64,000 nucleotides of DNA from Thermoplasmatales archaeon. Lineage in GTDB: Archaea > Thermoplasmatota > E2 > DHVEG-1. The stretch lies in the NCBI GenBank assembly GCA_020350825.1, contig CP070724.1, forward strand, positions 1,316,889 to 1,380,888, read 5' to 3'. The position numbers were made by a program, and so were the translations under genes. Below the pieces are notes generated by a model, which worked only from the letters and a program-made list of their open reading frames with translations, was not told the DNA's origin and made no database searches. Positions 63,625-64,000 of this stretch are shown in pieces (position 1 is the first letter of the stretch; the number at the start of each line of letters is the position of its first letter).

Positions 63625-64000
63625 ATGTTAAAAAAGAATTACCCTGAAGAAGGAGACCTGGTTGTTGGAACAGTTATAAAAGTGCAGGGTTTCGGTGCCT
63701 TTGTGTCTCTTGATGAATATCCATATAGAGAAGGATTTATTCATATTTCGGAGATAGCAACTGGTTGGGTAAAACGTATTCGTAACTACGTTCGAGAAAA
63801 ACAAAAAGTTGTCTGCAAGGTGTTGCGTGTAGATGCTGCAAAGAACCACATTGACCTTTCACTAAAAAGGGTAAATGATCATCAAAGAAGGGAAAAGATA
63901 CAGGAATGGAAAAACAAACAAAAGTCAGAAAAACTTTTTGAAATGTTTGCAGTAAGCATTGGAAAATCTGCAGAACAGTGTTATAAGGAATTTGGTAATA
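63625..64000 (+). CDS. eif2a: Translation initiation factor 2 subunit alpha (3' end outside window)
   Basis: S1 domain YPEEGDLVVGTVIKVQGFGAFVSLDEYPYREGFIHISEIATGWVKRIR. Confidence 0.9.
   Translation, partial: MLKKNYPEEGDLVVGTVIKVQGFGAFVSLDEYPYREGFIHISEIATGWVKRIRNYVREKQKVVCKVLRVDAAKNHIDLSLKRVNDHQRREKIQEWKNKQKSEKLFEMFAVSIGKSAEQCYKEFGN

Noticed and set aside
1-64000. A search of the whole window for CRISPR arrays, rRNA genes, transposase/IS elements and recognisable defence systems (RM, CBASS, Cas, toxin-antitoxin pairs).
   Set aside because: I noticed no regularly spaced direct repeats, no rRNA-like GC islands (only the two tRNAs stand out), and no transposase, Cas or restriction-enzyme motifs. 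Absence is based on reading by eye only.

Overview
AT-rich archaeal chromosome segment. Hallmark genes are eIF2 alpha and gamma, ribosomal proteins S6e/S24e/S27ae/L44e/S27e, Rpo7 (RpoE') and Spt4, RadB, Dph2, archaeal DtdA, Nob1 and an intron-containing tRNA. RadB and an MGMT-EndoV fusion hint at a euryarchaeal, Thermoplasmata-like anaerobe, but I cannot confirm taxonomy from the sequence alone. Layout: (1) about 0.9-7.8 kb is an integrated mobile element, with a tyrosine integrase, two P-loop NTPases, an RHH-like regulator and many ORFans. It is GC-richer than its flanks and sits between a secreted-protein gene and lplA. (2) 8.6-21.6 kb is dominated by secreted or surface proteins (repeat proteins, a beta-helix protein, an M14 carboxypeptidase) mixed with housekeeping genes. 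(3) 21.8-30 kb holds redox genes: ferritin-like protein, Lpd-like disulfide reductase, FTR-like-rubredoxin fusion, Grx/Trx, nitroreductase, and a MsrP-like Mo enzyme with a DUF4405-type membrane partner. Several of these carry a shared 16-18 bp palindrome in their promoters. (4) 30-35 kb is a conserved translation/transcription block. (5) 36.5-45.7 kb is a 16-gene co-directional oxygen/ROS-defence and Fe-S/sulfur-trafficking supercluster. It contains PerR-like Fur, Hrb, FprA, sHSP, four rubrerythrin-type proteins, TusA, DsrE-like, an IscS lacking the PLP lysine, IscU, desulfoferrodoxin, a ferredoxin-like protein and hemerythrin. (6) 46-64 kb is housekeeping: Ogg, HisRS, Nob1, signal peptidase, QueC/QueD, NifS, NadA, MtaD-like deaminase, Dph2, RadB, a GINS-like protein, r-proteins and eIF2alpha. 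Two tRNAs are present; there is no rRNA and no CRISPR array. All functional calls rest on motif recognition by eye. Many antisense ORFs in the supplied track are shadows of real genes.
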